From: Gloeobacterales cyanobacterium
GTDB taxonomy: Bacteria; Cyanobacteriota; Cyanobacteriia; Gloeobacterales; PMM-0068
DNA length: 64,000 bases
Reading direction: 5' to 3'
Assembly: GCA_038245785.1 (NCBI GenBank)
Contig: JBBRSB010000021.1
Location: 21,322 to 85,321 of the forward strand
Below are positions 1 to 10,417 of this stretch, in pieces. Made by a program: the position numbers and the translations under genes. The notes under the pieces are model-generated. The model did no database searches and was not told the DNA's origin. It saw nothing but the letters and a program-made list of their open reading frames with translations. Position 1 is the first letter of the stretch. Every line of letters begins with the position of its first letter.

Positions 1-2
1 TC

Positions 3-1613
3 GCCACTAAACGAACGGAACGAGAAGAGTTTATCCAGCAAGTAGTGTCTACCCTAAAAGAATCCCTGGTTGAGATCGGGGTCGAGAATGCAGAAGTTAC
101 GGGCCGACCAAAGCATCTCTGGGGCATCTATGAGAAGATGCAGCGCCAGCAAAAAGGATTTAACGAAATTTATGATGTGTCTGCCGTCCGTGTGATTGTT
201 CACTCCGTAGACCAGTGTTATCGGGCCCTATCTGTCGTTCATAACCAGTTTCGTCCTATTCCTGGACGCTTCAAAGACTACATTGGGCTACCGAAACCAA
301 ACGGCTATCAATCTTTGCATACGGCTGTCATTGGTTCAGAAGGGACTCCAGTAGAGGTGCAGATTCGGACCGACGAGATGCATCGCATCGCAGAGTATGG
401 AGTTGCGGCCCACTGGAAATATAAAGAATCGGGTTCCGTCACCGTTAAACCAGAGGAAGAGCGCTTTACCTGGCTCCGGTCCCTACTGGACTGGCAAGAA
501 GACCTCAAAGATTCTCAAGAATACTTGCAATCGCTGAAAGAAAATCTCTTCGATTCGGAAGTTTATGTTTTTACGCCGAAAGGGGATGTGATTGAGCTGC
601 CTCGGGGCGCTACTCCCATTGATTTTGCATATCGCATTCATACAGAAGTAGGCAATCGATGTACGGGCGCGAAGGTGAATGGCCGGCTGGTGACCTTGGA
701 CACAGAGCTGAAGAATGGCGACATTATTCATATCCTGACGGCCAAGAATGCCCATCCCAACTTGGACTGGATCAATATCGTCACCACCAGTTCTGCCAAA
801 AATAGAATCCGTCAGTGGTACAAGCGCTCGCACCGAGATGAAAATATTGCCCGTGGTCGAGAACTGCTAGAAAAAGAGTTGGGCCGTCCGCACTTAGAAG
901 GTTTGCTGAAATCAGAACAGATGCAGCGCATTGCAGAACGCCTGAACTATCAAGCGCCGGAGGATCTCCTGGCGGCCTTAGGCTATGGAGAAGTGACGGT
1001 CGCCGCTGTCTGCAACAAGCTTCAAGAAAAAGCGCGTGAGCAGCAGAAGAAAGCAGCAGAAGTACCGGATAGTGCCGGTATCACGCCTGAGCAAGTAGCG
1101 TCTCTGCTTCCGCCGATCCCGCGCAGTCTGCCCCGCAATGACCAGCCGATCCTTGGGGTCGAAGGCATCGTTTCCCACCTTGCCCGCTGTTGCAATCCCC
1201 TGCCTGGAGACCCCATCGTCGGGATCGTCACACGTTCCAGCGAACGGGGAATCACGATTCACTGCCAGAATTGCTCGAATGTGGATAAGGTCAACTCAGA
1301 ACAGTTGATCCCTGTCCAATGGAACCGCAACTACGTTGCGGGTAAGCCAACGACCTATGCTGTGGACGTCCAAGTGGAAGTTATTGACCGCGTGGGCGTA
1401 CTCAAAGATATCTTGGACCGTTTGGTCGGAGAGCGGATCAATATCCGCAAAGCACAGGTGAAAACCTTTTCTACCCAAACAGCCACTATTGACCTGTGTA
1501 TCGAAGTGACGAACAAAGAACAACTTAGTCACACCATTGCCCAGGTGGAAAAAATCTCGGATGTGCTCCGGGTCCGCAGGTTGAATCGGGTGAGTGAAGG
1601 TCCTGCCAACTGA
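3..1613 (+). CDS. relA: Bifunctional (p)ppGpp synthetase/hydrolase, 5' part outside window
   Basis: Open frame from window start; synthetase motifs (GRFKDYIGLPKPNGYQSLHT, EVQIRT), TGS domain (VFTPKG..GATPIDFAY), C-terminal ACT domain. Confidence 0.95.
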   Translation, partial: ATKRTEREEFIQQVVSTLKESLVEIGVENAEVTGRPKHLWGIYEKMQRQQKGFNEIYDVSAVRVIVHSVDQCYRALSVVHNQFRPIPGRFKDYIGLPKPNGYQSLHTAVIGSEGTPVEVQIRTDEMHRIAEYGVAAHWKYKESGSVTVKPEEERFTWLRSLLDWQEDLKDSQEYLQSLKENLFDSEVYVFTPKGDVIELPRGATPIDFAYRIHTEVGNRCTGAKVNGRLVTLDTELKNGDIIHILTAKNAHPNLDWINIVTTSSAKNRIRQWYKRSHRDENIARGRELLEKELGRPHLEGLLKSEQMQRIAERLNYQAPEDLLAALGYGEVTVAAVCNKLQEKAREQQKKAAEVPDSAGITPEQVASLLPPIPRSLPRNDQPILGVEGIVSHLARCCNPLPGDPIVGIVTRSSERGITIHCQNCSNVDKVNSEQLIPVQWNRNYVAGKPTTYAVDVQVEVIDRVGVLKDILDRLVGERINIRKAQVKTFSTQTATIDLCIEVTNKEQLSHTIAQVEKISDVLRVRRLNRVSEGPAN

Positions 1614-1697
1614 GCGCTTAGGCTTGAGAGAGAAGGAATCCTGGGGGATCGCTCGTACTATACTGTCGCAGGGAATGAATAGTTTACAAATGGGACA

Positions 1698-2270
1698 ATG
1701 GCAATTTCCTTGATTTTGGCTTCTGAATCTCCGTATCGCAGAGAACTGCTACGCCAGATGGGTATTGAGTTTCGAGCGTTTGCCAGCCAGTACGCTGAGG
1801 TGATGGATAATGCTATGCCTCCTGATAAACTGGTGATACATAATGCCTTAGGCAAAGCGCTGGCGGTCCAGCAAGCCTATCCAAGAGATTTAATTCTGGG
1901 CGCGGATACGATTGTTTTCCAAGATGGGCATGTGTTGGGAAAGCCCCATGACATGAAAAAGGCCACGGCCATGCTGCAGATGCTGCAGGGTCGCTGGCAC
2001 ACCGTCCACACGGGCATGGTCTTGATTGAAGAGACTCAGCATTTGTTGCGCTGTGAGACGACTCGGGTCAAATTTCGTCCTCTAACCCTTCCACAGATTT
2101 GTGCCTACCTCGCTACCGGGGAATCCGTCAACGCAGCAGGGAGCTATTCGATCCTGGGAATAGGAGCTAGCTTGGTGGAAAAGATTGAGGGCTGCTACAC
2201 CAACATCGTTGGCCTATCGTTGCCTGTTCTTGTCGATATGCTTTTGGAGTTCGACCGCCCTGTCCTGTAA
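1698..2270 (+). CDS. maf: Maf family nucleoside triphosphate pyrophosphatase
   Basis: LILASESPYRRELL, ILGADTIV, LGKP, IEGCYTNIVGL motifs. Confidence 0.92.
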   Translation: MAISLILASESPYRRELLRQMGIEFRAFASQYAEVMDNAMPPDKLVIHNALGKALAVQQAYPRDLILGADTIVFQDGHVLGKPHDMKKATAMLQMLQGRWHTVHTGMVLIEETQHLLRCETTRVKFRPLTLPQICAYLATGESVNAAGSYSILGIGASLVEKIEGCYTNIVGLSLPVLVDMLLEFDRPVL

Positions 2271-2279
2271 GGTCCGTTC

Positions 2280-2921
2280 CTACTCTGTCTGAGTATCGTC
2301 AGCGCCTTCCTTTCCCTGGACATTCTTGATCGCATCAATAGCAGCCGCAGCCCCGACCATAATGTCGCGTTCTTCACCCCCAAGGTACATCCGCCCAAAA
2401 CTGCCGAAGGGTAGTACTTCAAGGATATTAATGTTCGCTGCTTTTTCCGCTTCGTTTGCCGCTAGCGCAATATAGGCTGCAGGTTCAACTTCCATAACAA
2501 AAAGAGTTTGACCAGACAGGAGCATCTGACCGCGCTTAAAGCGGTTGATAATCTGGGTCTGGTGAGGATCAACGTTGCGGATAATCTGGCTAGAAATTAC
2601 CTCAGGCTTAATCCGGTCCCGCTCAGATAGCTTCAAATACTCTAGGATTGCTCCGCCTGCAGTTTTAACTTCTCCCTGGCGATTGGAATGGAGCTCAAGA
2701 CTTCCATAGAGGCGCTCGACCATCTGTAACCCAGGCCGCACCACCGCTGACTTCAGGGCAATGTCTGTGACTCGATTAATCTCCATGCCCGGAGAAATTT
2801 CCACCCATAGCGAGGCATCGCCGGGTAAGGGCAGAAAGCCATGAGCAATCGTCCCTAGAAAGGCAGCGAATTGGTGTTGAAGACTATCAAGGTAGACGTA
2901 GCCGCGTAGTTGAGCACCCAA
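2280..2921 (-). CDS. ccmP: Tandem BMC-domain beta-carboxysome shell protein CcmP
   Basis: Closely follows cyanobacterial CcmP ([44 protein letters not shown]); TTG start. Confidence 0.9.
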   Translation of the reverse strand: MGAQLRGYVYLDSLQHQFAAFLGTIAHGFLPLPGDASLWVEISPGMEINRVTDIALKSAVVRPGLQMVERLYGSLELHSNRQGEVKTAGGAILEYLKLSERDRIKPEVISSQIIRNVDPHQTQIINRFKRGQMLLSGQTLFVMEVEPAAYIALAANEAEKAANINILEVLPFGSFGRMYLGGEERDIMVGAAAAIDAIKNVQGKEGADDTQTE

Positions 2922-3061
2922 GATATTTTTTCGCAGAGAATAGGCCCATCATCCCACAAGTCTTCCCGGCTTTACAAAGCGCAATATTTTTCTGTTCTAA
3001 TGTCCTGTCTTAAACTTGATGGAGGTTCCAGCTAAGATTGAGGACGCCCAGAAGTGGTTTG

Positions 3062-3309
3062 ATGAAGACAGATGCACTCTTTTATGAGCTTTTTCAAGAA
3101 TTCCCGGAATTCTTTTTTGAACTGATTGGACAAACTTCTGAGGAAGCTCAGTACTACCGTTTCACTGCCACGGAGATTAAACAAACGGCCTTCCGGTTGG
3201 ATGGTCTGTTTATGCCGACGCGCCCCGATAAGCCGCTGTATATTCTCGAAGTCCAATTCCAGAATGATCCTCAGTTCTATGGTCGGCTCTTTGCAGAGAT
3301 GTTTTTATA
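3062..3309 (+). pseudogene. Rpn/DUF2887-family PD-(D/E)XK protein, truncated by IS481
   Basis: MKTDALFYELFQ..EIKQTAFRLDGLF..EVQFQ typical N-terminus; cut at the IS481 left end, remainder not seen. Confidence 0.8.
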
Positions 3310-3379
3310 TGTGTGAATCACAAAGATGGTTGCCAGTTGAGAGATGGTAAAGTTCCCCTAATCGTGTGGGGAACTTGCC

Positions 3380-4375
3380 ATGGAGACAAAGGTCAAAATG
3401 CGTCTTGGCTGGGTGCAGCACTATGAAAAAACGGGCAATGTTAGCCTGACCAGCCGCTGTTGTGGTATTTCTCGCCCGACCCTGCGCAAGTGGGTTAACC
3501 GCTACCAAGCAGAGGGATTGGAGGGGTTGCTTGACCGGAGTCACCGTCCCAAGCGATGCCCACCGAAAAAGGTGAATGCGCAACACCTGCTCTGGATTGG
3601 ACAAATACGCAAACGCCGTCTAGGTGCCCGACGCATTCAAGGAGAGTTGCTGCGACTCCATCAAGTGTCTTTCTCTACGGCCACCATCCACAAAGTGCTC
3701 AAGCAACAGGGCTATGGGCTATTGAAGGCCACCCGTCGTCCCGGCAAAGGGCGTAAGCGCTATCAAAAAGACATTCCTGGAGAGCGGGTGCAAATGGACG
3801 TATGCAAGATTGGCCCGAAGCTCTATCAATTCACAGCTATCTCGGCTCCGCCTGCGGGACATGATGATTGCACACGCCTCAAAATTATTCGGCTCTACCC
3901 AAATAAGGCTTCAGCCAGCACCCTAGCTTTCTTAGAAATCATCATCGCTGAGTTTCCTTTTCCTATCCAACGACTGCAAACAGACCGGGGAGAGGAATTT
4001 ATGGCCCATGCTGTGCAACGACGATTAATGGAGTTGCATATAAAGTTTCGGCCTACAAAACCTCGTTCTCCTCATCTCAACGGCAAAGTGGAGCGAACCC
4101 AGCGCACAGACTGGGAAGAGTTTTATAGCCAAGCGGACCTCGACTTCAAAGCTCCAGACCTGCCAGGGCAATTGCAGCAGTGGCAGGACTATTACAACCG
4201 GGAACGAAGGCATAGCTCTATCGGTAAGTCTCCCTGGCAAAAATTGCAAGAACTCGTTCCCTCGATTCCGACTCTAGAGCAGGTTAGGTCAATTTACCAG
4301 AGCTCAACAGAGCGAATCCGTCATGCCCACTATCAACGCGATATTGGCAAGGTTAGATGGGTTTGGTCGTTGTAA
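3380..4375 (+). CDS. IS481 DDE transposase (carries a 7-aa in-frame insertion)
   Basis: N-terminal HTH, VQMD, QTDRGEEF, LNGKVER motifs. Confidence 0.9.
   Translation: METKVKMRLGWVQHYEKTGNVSLTSRCCGISRPTLRKWVNRYQAEGLEGLLDRSHRPKRCPPKKVNAQHLLWIGQIRKRRLGARRIQGELLRLHQVSFSTATIHKVLKQQGYGLLKATRRPGKGRKRYQKDIPGERVQMDVCKIGPKLYQFTAISAPPAGHDDCTRLKIIRLYPNKASASTLAFLEIIIAEFPFPIQRLQTDRGEEFMAHAVQRRLMELHIKFRPTKPRSPHLNGKVERTQRTDWEEFYSQADLDFKAPDLPGQLQQWQDYYNRERRHSSIGKSPWQKLQELVPSIPTLEQVRSIYQSSTERIRHAHYQRDIGKVRWVWSL
3841..3861. repeat. 21-nt micro-element CTCGGCTCCGCCTGCGGGACA inserted in frame
   Basis: Removal restores the TAIDDC motif; 19/21 identical to 9781-9801. Confidence 0.8.
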
Positions 4376-4396
4376 ACCATCTTTGCGATTCACACA

Positions 4397-4495
4397 TTCC
4401 AGCAGAATCTTACGCTTGACTCCAGTCTTGGAATATTCAATGACATCCGCCCAACGAATTGCGGTAGTCTTCGATGACCTTATGGTCGCGGTCAT
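4397..4495 (-). pseudogene. N-terminal fragment of a small (possibly cupin-like) protein cut by IS481
   Basis: RBS plus MTATIRSS..VIEYSKTGVKRKILLE runs into the IS end. Confidence 0.45.
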
Positions 4496-4561
4496 AGGAT
4501 TACCTCTTTAGGGTAGAGAGATTAATTTGAACGACAAGGACATTCGTGAATTGAGTATCTC

Positions 4562-5170
4562 TCAGTCAGTTACTAAGTCTGATGGCTGATTCCATCCCCC
4601 AGTGAAAACCAACTCAGTCAATGGTTTGCGGGTTCTAGGGGCGAGTTCCCTTTCTCGCAGCGATTCGGGTAAGGTTTTCGGATCGCCCAAATAACCAATT
4701 GCCATCATGGCCACTGGCTCCCAGTCCTCTGGAATACCAAATAGCGATCGCGCTTTGGCACCATCAAATCCTGCCATTTGGTGAACAAATAGATCTAGGG
4801 CGATTGCCTGAGTTGTCAGATTGCAAGCGGCTGCCCCCACATCGTGGAAAGCATGACGATTTTCTCTCCCGTCGTTGTCGAAGCGTAGTTTGGCAACCGA
4901 CAACATCAGCACTGGAGCACTCTTCGCCCAGGATTGATTGAATTCGACGAGGCAACTGAATAGACGGTCATACTCTGCTGGCTGGTCTTGGGTGGCCACC
5001 ATGAAGCTCCACGGCTGCTCGTTGTAGCAAGAGGCCGCCCATCGAGAGGCTTCCAACAAAATAAGCAATTTGTCTCGTTCAACGGTGCGATTTGAGAAAG
5101 CACGAGGGCTCCAGCGCCCACGAATCAAATCATGAACCGTATATTGATCATCAACTAGATTTTCGAGCAT
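4562..5170 (-). CDS. Nitroreductase family protein
   Basis: RWSPRAF, EASRWAASCYNEQPW, HQMAGFD; paralog of 42238-42846. Confidence 0.9.
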   Translation of the reverse strand: MLENLVDDQYTVHDLIRGRWSPRAFSNRTVERDKLLILLEASRWAASCYNEQPWSFMVATQDQPAEYDRLFSCLVEFNQSWAKSAPVLMLSVAKLRFDNDGRENRHAFHDVGAAACNLTTQAIALDLFVHQMAGFDGAKARSLFGIPEDWEPVAMMAIGYLGDPKTLPESLRERELAPRTRKPLTELVFTGGWNQPSDLVTD

Positions 5171-5237
5171 GGACTTGCCTCGTTAGTATTAGTAAATGTT
5201 CATCCCCCTCCCCGGTAAGCGGCCCGGCGGTCCGCCG

Positions 5238-6233
5238 TCATGCAAGCTTCAAAATACGCTCGGCATTGCGAAAGCATATTCGCTCTCGGTCTGTTTCACT
5301 GATCGGCGCTTCATTGATAAAGTGCGCCGCCTCTTGACTCGACTCGTATGGATAGTCAACAGAAAACAGGATTCGATCCGAACCGAGGGCCAAAATGGAG
5401 CAGAGAAGGGGCGGAAAGGAATCGACACCACTCGTTGTGATAACGACGTTGTCCCTAATGTATTGAGATGGCTGCTTGGCGAGAGTCTTCGTATGCGGCA
5501 CGATCACATAGCGGCTATCGAGTCGCCAAAGGTCAAAGGGCAATCCCTCTCCCATGTGCCCGAGTATGACCGTCGTTTTAGGGAACCGATCAAAAACACC
5601 ACCCACGATGAGTCGCATCACGTGGCTGGAAGTTTCGGTCTGCCACCCCCACATGGGTCCCGCTAATTCGGGGTAACCGCTCAGTACGACAGGCTCAACC
5701 TTCGGGTTAGCGGGGTGTAGGTAGATGGGTACGCCTAGATCTTGCGCCTGTTCCCAGACCGGGAAGAATTTTTCGTCGTCGAGGTATTCACCATTGGTGT
5801 GACCATTGATAAGCGCTCCCTTAAAGCCGAGTTGCTGTACCGCCCGTTCAAGTTCGGCGGCAGCTGCCGTGGGATCTTGCATTGGCAAATGGGCGAAGCC
5901 TGCGTAACGAGAGGGGTGTCGCTGAATGACTTTTGCCAGAAAGTCATTTACTTCTTTCGCCTTTCGCACAGCTACTGTGGCGTTAGGTTCGACCTGCACA
6001 CCCGGCGTTGTAGCACTCAACACCGAGATATCAATTCCCGCCTTGTCCATCTCCTCCAACCTCAAGCCATCGAAGTCGACTAGGCGTTTTTTGAAATCCT
6101 CCATTGGTTCTGGCGCCACGCCTTGCTCGGAGTTTGCGGAGTAGGATGCGAGCGCCTGCGTTAGGAAGTGTTCTTCCAGCGCTATTTTCTTGGTCTTTTT
6201 TTGCGGCGGAATGAAGATGCGGTCAAATCCCAT
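5238..6233 (-). CDS. Amidohydrolase-2 family (aromatic acid decarboxylase-like)
   Basis: KIALEEH, YLHP, ILGHMGEGLP, FSVDYPYE motifs. Confidence 0.85.
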   Translation of the reverse strand: MGFDRIFIPPQKKTKKIALEEHFLTQALASYSANSEQGVAPEPMEDFKKRLVDFDGLRLEEMDKAGIDISVLSATTPGVQVEPNATVAVRKAKEVNDFLAKVIQRHPSRYAGFAHLPMQDPTAAAAELERAVQQLGFKGALINGHTNGEYLDDEKFFPVWEQAQDLGVPIYLHPANPKVEPVVLSGYPELAGPMWGWQTETSSHVMRLIVGGVFDRFPKTTVILGHMGEGLPFDLWRLDSRYVIVPHTKTLAKQPSQYIRDNVVITTSGVDSFPPLLCSILALGSDRILFSVDYPYESSQEAAHFINEAPISETDRERICFRNAERILKLA

Positions 6234-6449
6234 GGGAAACCTCGCTTGTTTGGTGTTTAAAAGCTAAAGATGCGTCCCGGACAAGCGGGCGTATGTGCAC
6301 CTCCACACAGAGAGAGGCCTTATGACGGATGTACGGGGGTTGAGTAGCACCGGAACAGAAAACCACGTTAAGGCTGAAACAGCTACTGAGAAGGCGTTTC
6401 AAAAAGCAATTTTCAGAGCCTGGTAATTGGGTTAAGCCTCGCGCAACCC

Positions 6450-6735
6450 AACCGCCACCAGCGGCGGCGATGTCTCCATCTGTCCGGTGCTGAGAACCCG
6501 GCAGTTGCACTTCGATGTCGTCCGCGATCGCCTTCACCCCAGCAATCCGTTTGGCGGTACGCACGGCTTCCCCTTTCTCCATATAGTTGGTGGCGTAGCC
6601 ATTGAGTGTCACCGTGCTATCTTTCACCAGGACATCGATGTCTGTGACCTTGACCCCTGGCTCATATTTAAGCTCGGAAAGCACATCCGTCTTGAGTTCT
6701 GCATCAGTTCTCTTGATGATATTGATCATGGTCAT
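6450..6735 (-). pseudogene. BON-domain protein, truncated
   Basis: One BON domain (TDAELKTDVLSEL..VTLNG..GVKAIADDIEV), then the sequence loses homology at a REP-like hairpin. Confidence 0.7.
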
Positions 6736-6798
6736 AGTCTGTGTCCTTTATTTACGTGTCGCTTGACTGGCTTGCTCGATTAAAACCAATCGTCTTAC

Positions 6799-8418
6799 TC
6801 ATCGAAAAGCTTTAACCACAGCATCAAGGTTGACTTTTACAGACTTGTCATGATGCAGGATTGGCGGGATCTCTCGGTCGATGCCAAGCAGTTCATAGAC
6901 TGCCATTTGGGCAACTCGGACTGAATACTCGACCGTAAAGACAACATCCTCAGGGATTTCGACAAACTGGCTGACAAAAGCCAGGTTCTTGGAATTCTTC
7001 GGGACAGGCAGCGGTCTGTCTTTTGGTTCGCGAGGCATGAACATGCTCGTGATGTAGGGCATTCTGCATGGGATACAGTTTGCAGACGCGACCGTGTTTA
7101 GATCGAAATTCAGATGGCCACAAAGCTCCTGCAGGATATCTTTGCCGTTACAGTCAGACATCGATTTGGGAACGAAATTGCCTATTCGATCCGGGTGTAA
7201 TGCATATCCCCAAAACACCTGGACCTCTGCGGGTTGGTCGGCAAAATGTGGCTGATGAGCGAGCACGATAGACATAAGCCAATTGGAATCTTTGAAGGTT
7301 ACTAGGTTACCAGTGCCAGCTCTATTGCCAGAGAATGCCTCCATCTTGTCAAAAAAGACAGGGTCCCTGAGCGTAACCGTAAAGGACTCCCAGAAGGACT
7401 CTGGAATACTGGAATTGAACGCCGCTGGATTGCCGAACTCAGGACGGCCATTCGCCAGCTTTTCCCATAGAGCCCAACCACCACTATCTTTCTTTGTCAG
7501 GCGCTTGGGTGCACTCGTCATCGAGCCAAAACTCGACGCATCGGTCATCGAACCATTTTGAAAGAATACTAAATCTTCATCATCGATCGAGATGGTTTCG
7601 GTCTTGCCATTGCAGATATACTGAAGCGCATCAACGACAATCTTGCCGTTTTCGGTCTTCAAATCCAAGTCTGTCACCGTGCAATTAGCAACTAATTTGA
7701 TACCCTGCGCCTCCAGCCAATTCACCAGCGGTCGAACCAAGGAATCGAATTGATTGTAGACCGTGCGCTTGACACCAGCCAGGGTTTCAATCCGTGAGAA
7801 CTCCATCATGAAGCGATGGAGATAGCGTTTGAATTCCACTGCGCTGTGCCACGGTTGAAAGGCAAAGGTCGTAGCCCACATGTACCAAAAATTAGTCTTA
7901 AAGAATGACGGTGAGAGCCAATCCGTGATCCGGCTGCTGCCCAATTTCTCTTCAGCAGCCTCAATCAGTTTAAGCAACTCAATCCGATCCTGCATCGAAA
8001 ATCCCATCGACTCGACATCCAAAATGGCACGATTTCGATCGACTAGCCGCGCTTGGGAATGCGACTTGTTCTGCTGATTAAATTCGATTGTCTCCTCAAA
8101 CACCGTCTTGCTGGGGGACATTATGGAAGGGATTGATTTGAATAGGCCCCAAGTGCATTCGTAGTTGTCGGTCGTCAGCATGCGGCCACCGCGAAGGGTA
8201 TAGCCGTCCGTAGGTGTGCCGCCACCATCCATGCTACCGCCCACAACGGGCATCGCTTCAAAGATGGTGATATTGCGACCTGGGATGCCGCCGTCACGAA
8301 TCATGAAGGCTGCTGCGGCTAAGGAGCCAATCCCACCGCCTACCATATAAGCCTTGCGGTTATCACTGTTGGAGGTGCTGGATGTTATGGGTCGAATGGT
8401 CGATGATTGCTTTACCAT
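6799..8418 (-). CDS. Oleate hydratase (MCRA family)
   Basis: GGGIGSLAAA FAD motif, RGGRM, TTFAFQPWHSAVEF, VFTVEYSVR. Confidence 0.92.
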   Translation of the reverse strand: MVKQSSTIRPITSSTSNSDNRKAYMVGGGIGSLAAAAFMIRDGGIPGRNITIFEAMPVVGGSMDGGGTPTDGYTLRGGRMLTTDNYECTWGLFKSIPSIMSPSKTVFEETIEFNQQNKSHSQARLVDRNRAILDVESMGFSMQDRIELLKLIEAAEEKLGSSRITDWLSPSFFKTNFWYMWATTFAFQPWHSAVEFKRYLHRFMMEFSRIETLAGVKRTVYNQFDSLVRPLVNWLEAQGIKLVANCTVTDLDLKTENGKIVVDALQYICNGKTETISIDDEDLVFFQNGSMTDASSFGSMTSAPKRLTKKDSGGWALWEKLANGRPEFGNPAAFNSSIPESFWESFTVTLRDPVFFDKMEAFSGNRAGTGNLVTFKDSNWLMSIVLAHQPHFADQPAEVQVFWGYALHPDRIGNFVPKSMSDCNGKDILQELCGHLNFDLNTVASANCIPCRMPYITSMFMPREPKDRPLPVPKNSKNLAFVSQFVEIPEDVVFTVEYSVRVAQMAVYELLGIDREIPPILHHDKSVKVNLDAVVKAFR

Positions 8419-8499
8419 GTCCGAGTCTCCAGATATTTAGGTGGTTTGAATTGGAGTCATAAATCTAGGATGCAGCTAGGTTTTAAGCTGGGTGCCGTA

Positions 8500-9186
8500 C
8501 TAGTTTTTCGGTGCGGCTGTCGTATAAACTGCACGCGCCTGTGCCAACAACTGGTCTTCGGTCATGTGTTGTTGATTGACGATGACCGCACCGATTACTT
8601 TCTGTGCTATGTCTAGGTGATGTTCGTTGAGATCGACCAGCAGATGTTCCATCGCGCTGCTTGCTCCAGTCGAACTACCAAAAATCAGAATCTTCTCTGC
8701 GCCCCTCAGCGTCTGCGCTATCGCCTCGTAGAAGGATTTGAGTTCCGGCTGACGCTGATGACCCTTAGCTTCATTTGATACATAGTGCAGATGCCCACGT
8801 AAACCATCTGGATCGTAGGGTACAATCCGCTCCGGCACTGAGCCGTGCATTTCCGTCTGATAGATCCGAGCTTCACGATGGTCGATAATTACCAGTAGGT
8901 GGGCACCATCAGCGACAGTCTGATGTTCGGGTGCAGCCGTTCGCTCTAGGAAATGACGAATCTTCATTACTTCGTGGGTGTCATCTAAGTCTTTGTGCTT
9001 TGGTGAATGAATTGTCAGCGTCTCGCCATGCCGCGTAAATCGCAGATTGCCGTTATGCTCCTCCTCTACATCAGTGATGGAATTGAGCATCGATCGCACA
9101 TCATGCCACTGAAGGTTATGGGAAGCTGGGTGTTGAAGGATCGCATCATAAGTGGTTTGGTGAGTCATAGATATCTGGATATCCAT
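8500..9186 (-). CDS. Two-domain protein: HicA-like N-terminus plus eRF1 domain-2/host-attachment-like C-terminus
   Basis: HPASHNLQWHDVRSML..LTIHSPKHK; VIIDHREARIY..FYEAIAQTLRGAEKILIFG. Confidence 0.55.
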   Translation of the reverse strand: MDIQISMTHQTTYDAILQHPASHNLQWHDVRSMLNSITDVEEEHNGNLRFTRHGETLTIHSPKHKDLDDTHEVMKIRHFLERTAAPEHQTVADGAHLLVIIDHREARIYQTEMHGSVPERIVPYDPDGLRGHLHYVSNEAKGHQRQPELKSFYEAIAQTLRGAEKILIFGSSTGASSAMEHLLVDLNEHHLDIAQKVIGAVIVNQQHMTEDQLLAQARAVYTTAAPKN

Positions 9187-9780
9187 TAATTTCTCCTGCT
9201 TAATCTTGACAACTTCATCTGTAACTTTGACTGACTACCGTTTGAGTCACCGTGTGAATTGATTAATTATGATATAAATTTTAATTTGGCGACATTTTAC
9301 ATCATAATTATGCCGACTTGTATTTAGCCGAAATTATGCCATGCTTATACATCTCAAGCTATTCCCGCAGTTTGGTCAACATGGCGTTCGACGGAGTAGG
9401 CAATCTGTTGCGCTCTGGATGGGTTATCCCCGATGATTTTTCGACGTGTCTGCGTTCTGTCGAATGGTGGCAGCATCGTCAGCACTGGGTAAATCAAAGC
9501 GACAAAAGCAGGACGTGCTGAGACTCGATCGATCGCATCGACGGGCGCATAGCGCAATGCATCCGGGTATGTAAAGTATTTTGTGTCAAGGTAGAAATGG
9601 CTATACGGGAAACCTCCCTTCAAACTCAATTGCAAACCGATTTAGTGCACTCTTCCAATCTCGAATTAGCATCGTCCACTTCTTAGCAATGTTGTGAATC
9701 GCTAAATAAATGACTTTCATTGCCGATTCATCCGTCGGAAAAGAGCGATGGTTCCGTAAAACCTTGCGCAGCGTCATGTT

Positions 9781-9801
9781 CTCGGCTTCGCCTGCCGGAC
9801 A
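9781..9801. repeat. 21-nt micro-element (second copy), in frame
   Basis: Removal restores TTNAIESMNMTLRK. Confidence 0.8.
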
Positions 9802-10417
9802 CATGGATTCAATAGCGTTAGTTGTGTACATCGCTTTACGAATGTCAGCGGGGAAGGCAAAGAAGGGAATAATCCGCTCCCAATGATTCATCCAGGACTT
9901 GCTAATCGTCGGATATTGCTTGTCCCAGCGTTGGGCAAAGGTCATGAGGGCTTGTTCTGCCTGCCCATCGGTGGCAGCGCCATATACCAATTTCAGGTCA
10001 GCGGCGACAGCTTTGCGGTCTTTGTAGGAAACATAGCTCAACGCGTTACGCACCAAATGAACGATACAAAGCTGGATTTGCGTTTGAGGAAAGACCGTTT
10101 CAATCGCTTCAGGAAAGCCCGTGAGGCCATCCACACAGGCAATGAAGATATCCTTGACGCCCCGATTTTGGAGGTCGGTCAATACCGACAGCCAGAACTT
10201 GGAAGATTCATTCTGGGTCATCCACAGCCCCAATAGCTCCTTCTACCCCGCTAGATTTACCCCTAAGGCTAAGTGAATCGCTTTGTTGAGCACCCGCCCT
10301 TCATGGCGAACTTTCACCACTAGGGCATCGAGAAAGACAATCGGATAGACCGCATCGAGGCTACGATTCTGCCAGAGTTTGCGCTCCGCTTCTACCGCTT
10401 CGGTCACGTTAGAAATC

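Larger units (their letters stand above)
3310..4396 (+). mobile_element. IS481-family insertion sequence
   Basis: 26-bp imperfect terminal inverted repeats TGTGTGAATCaCAAAGATGGTT.. (3310-3335 / 4371-4396) with TGT...ACA ends; no target duplication visible. Confidence 0.9.

Noticed and set aside
1..3000. Absence of HIP1 in core genes as proof that the host lacks HIP1
   Set aside because: 3 kb is too little sequence to support the claim; a genome-wide count is needed.
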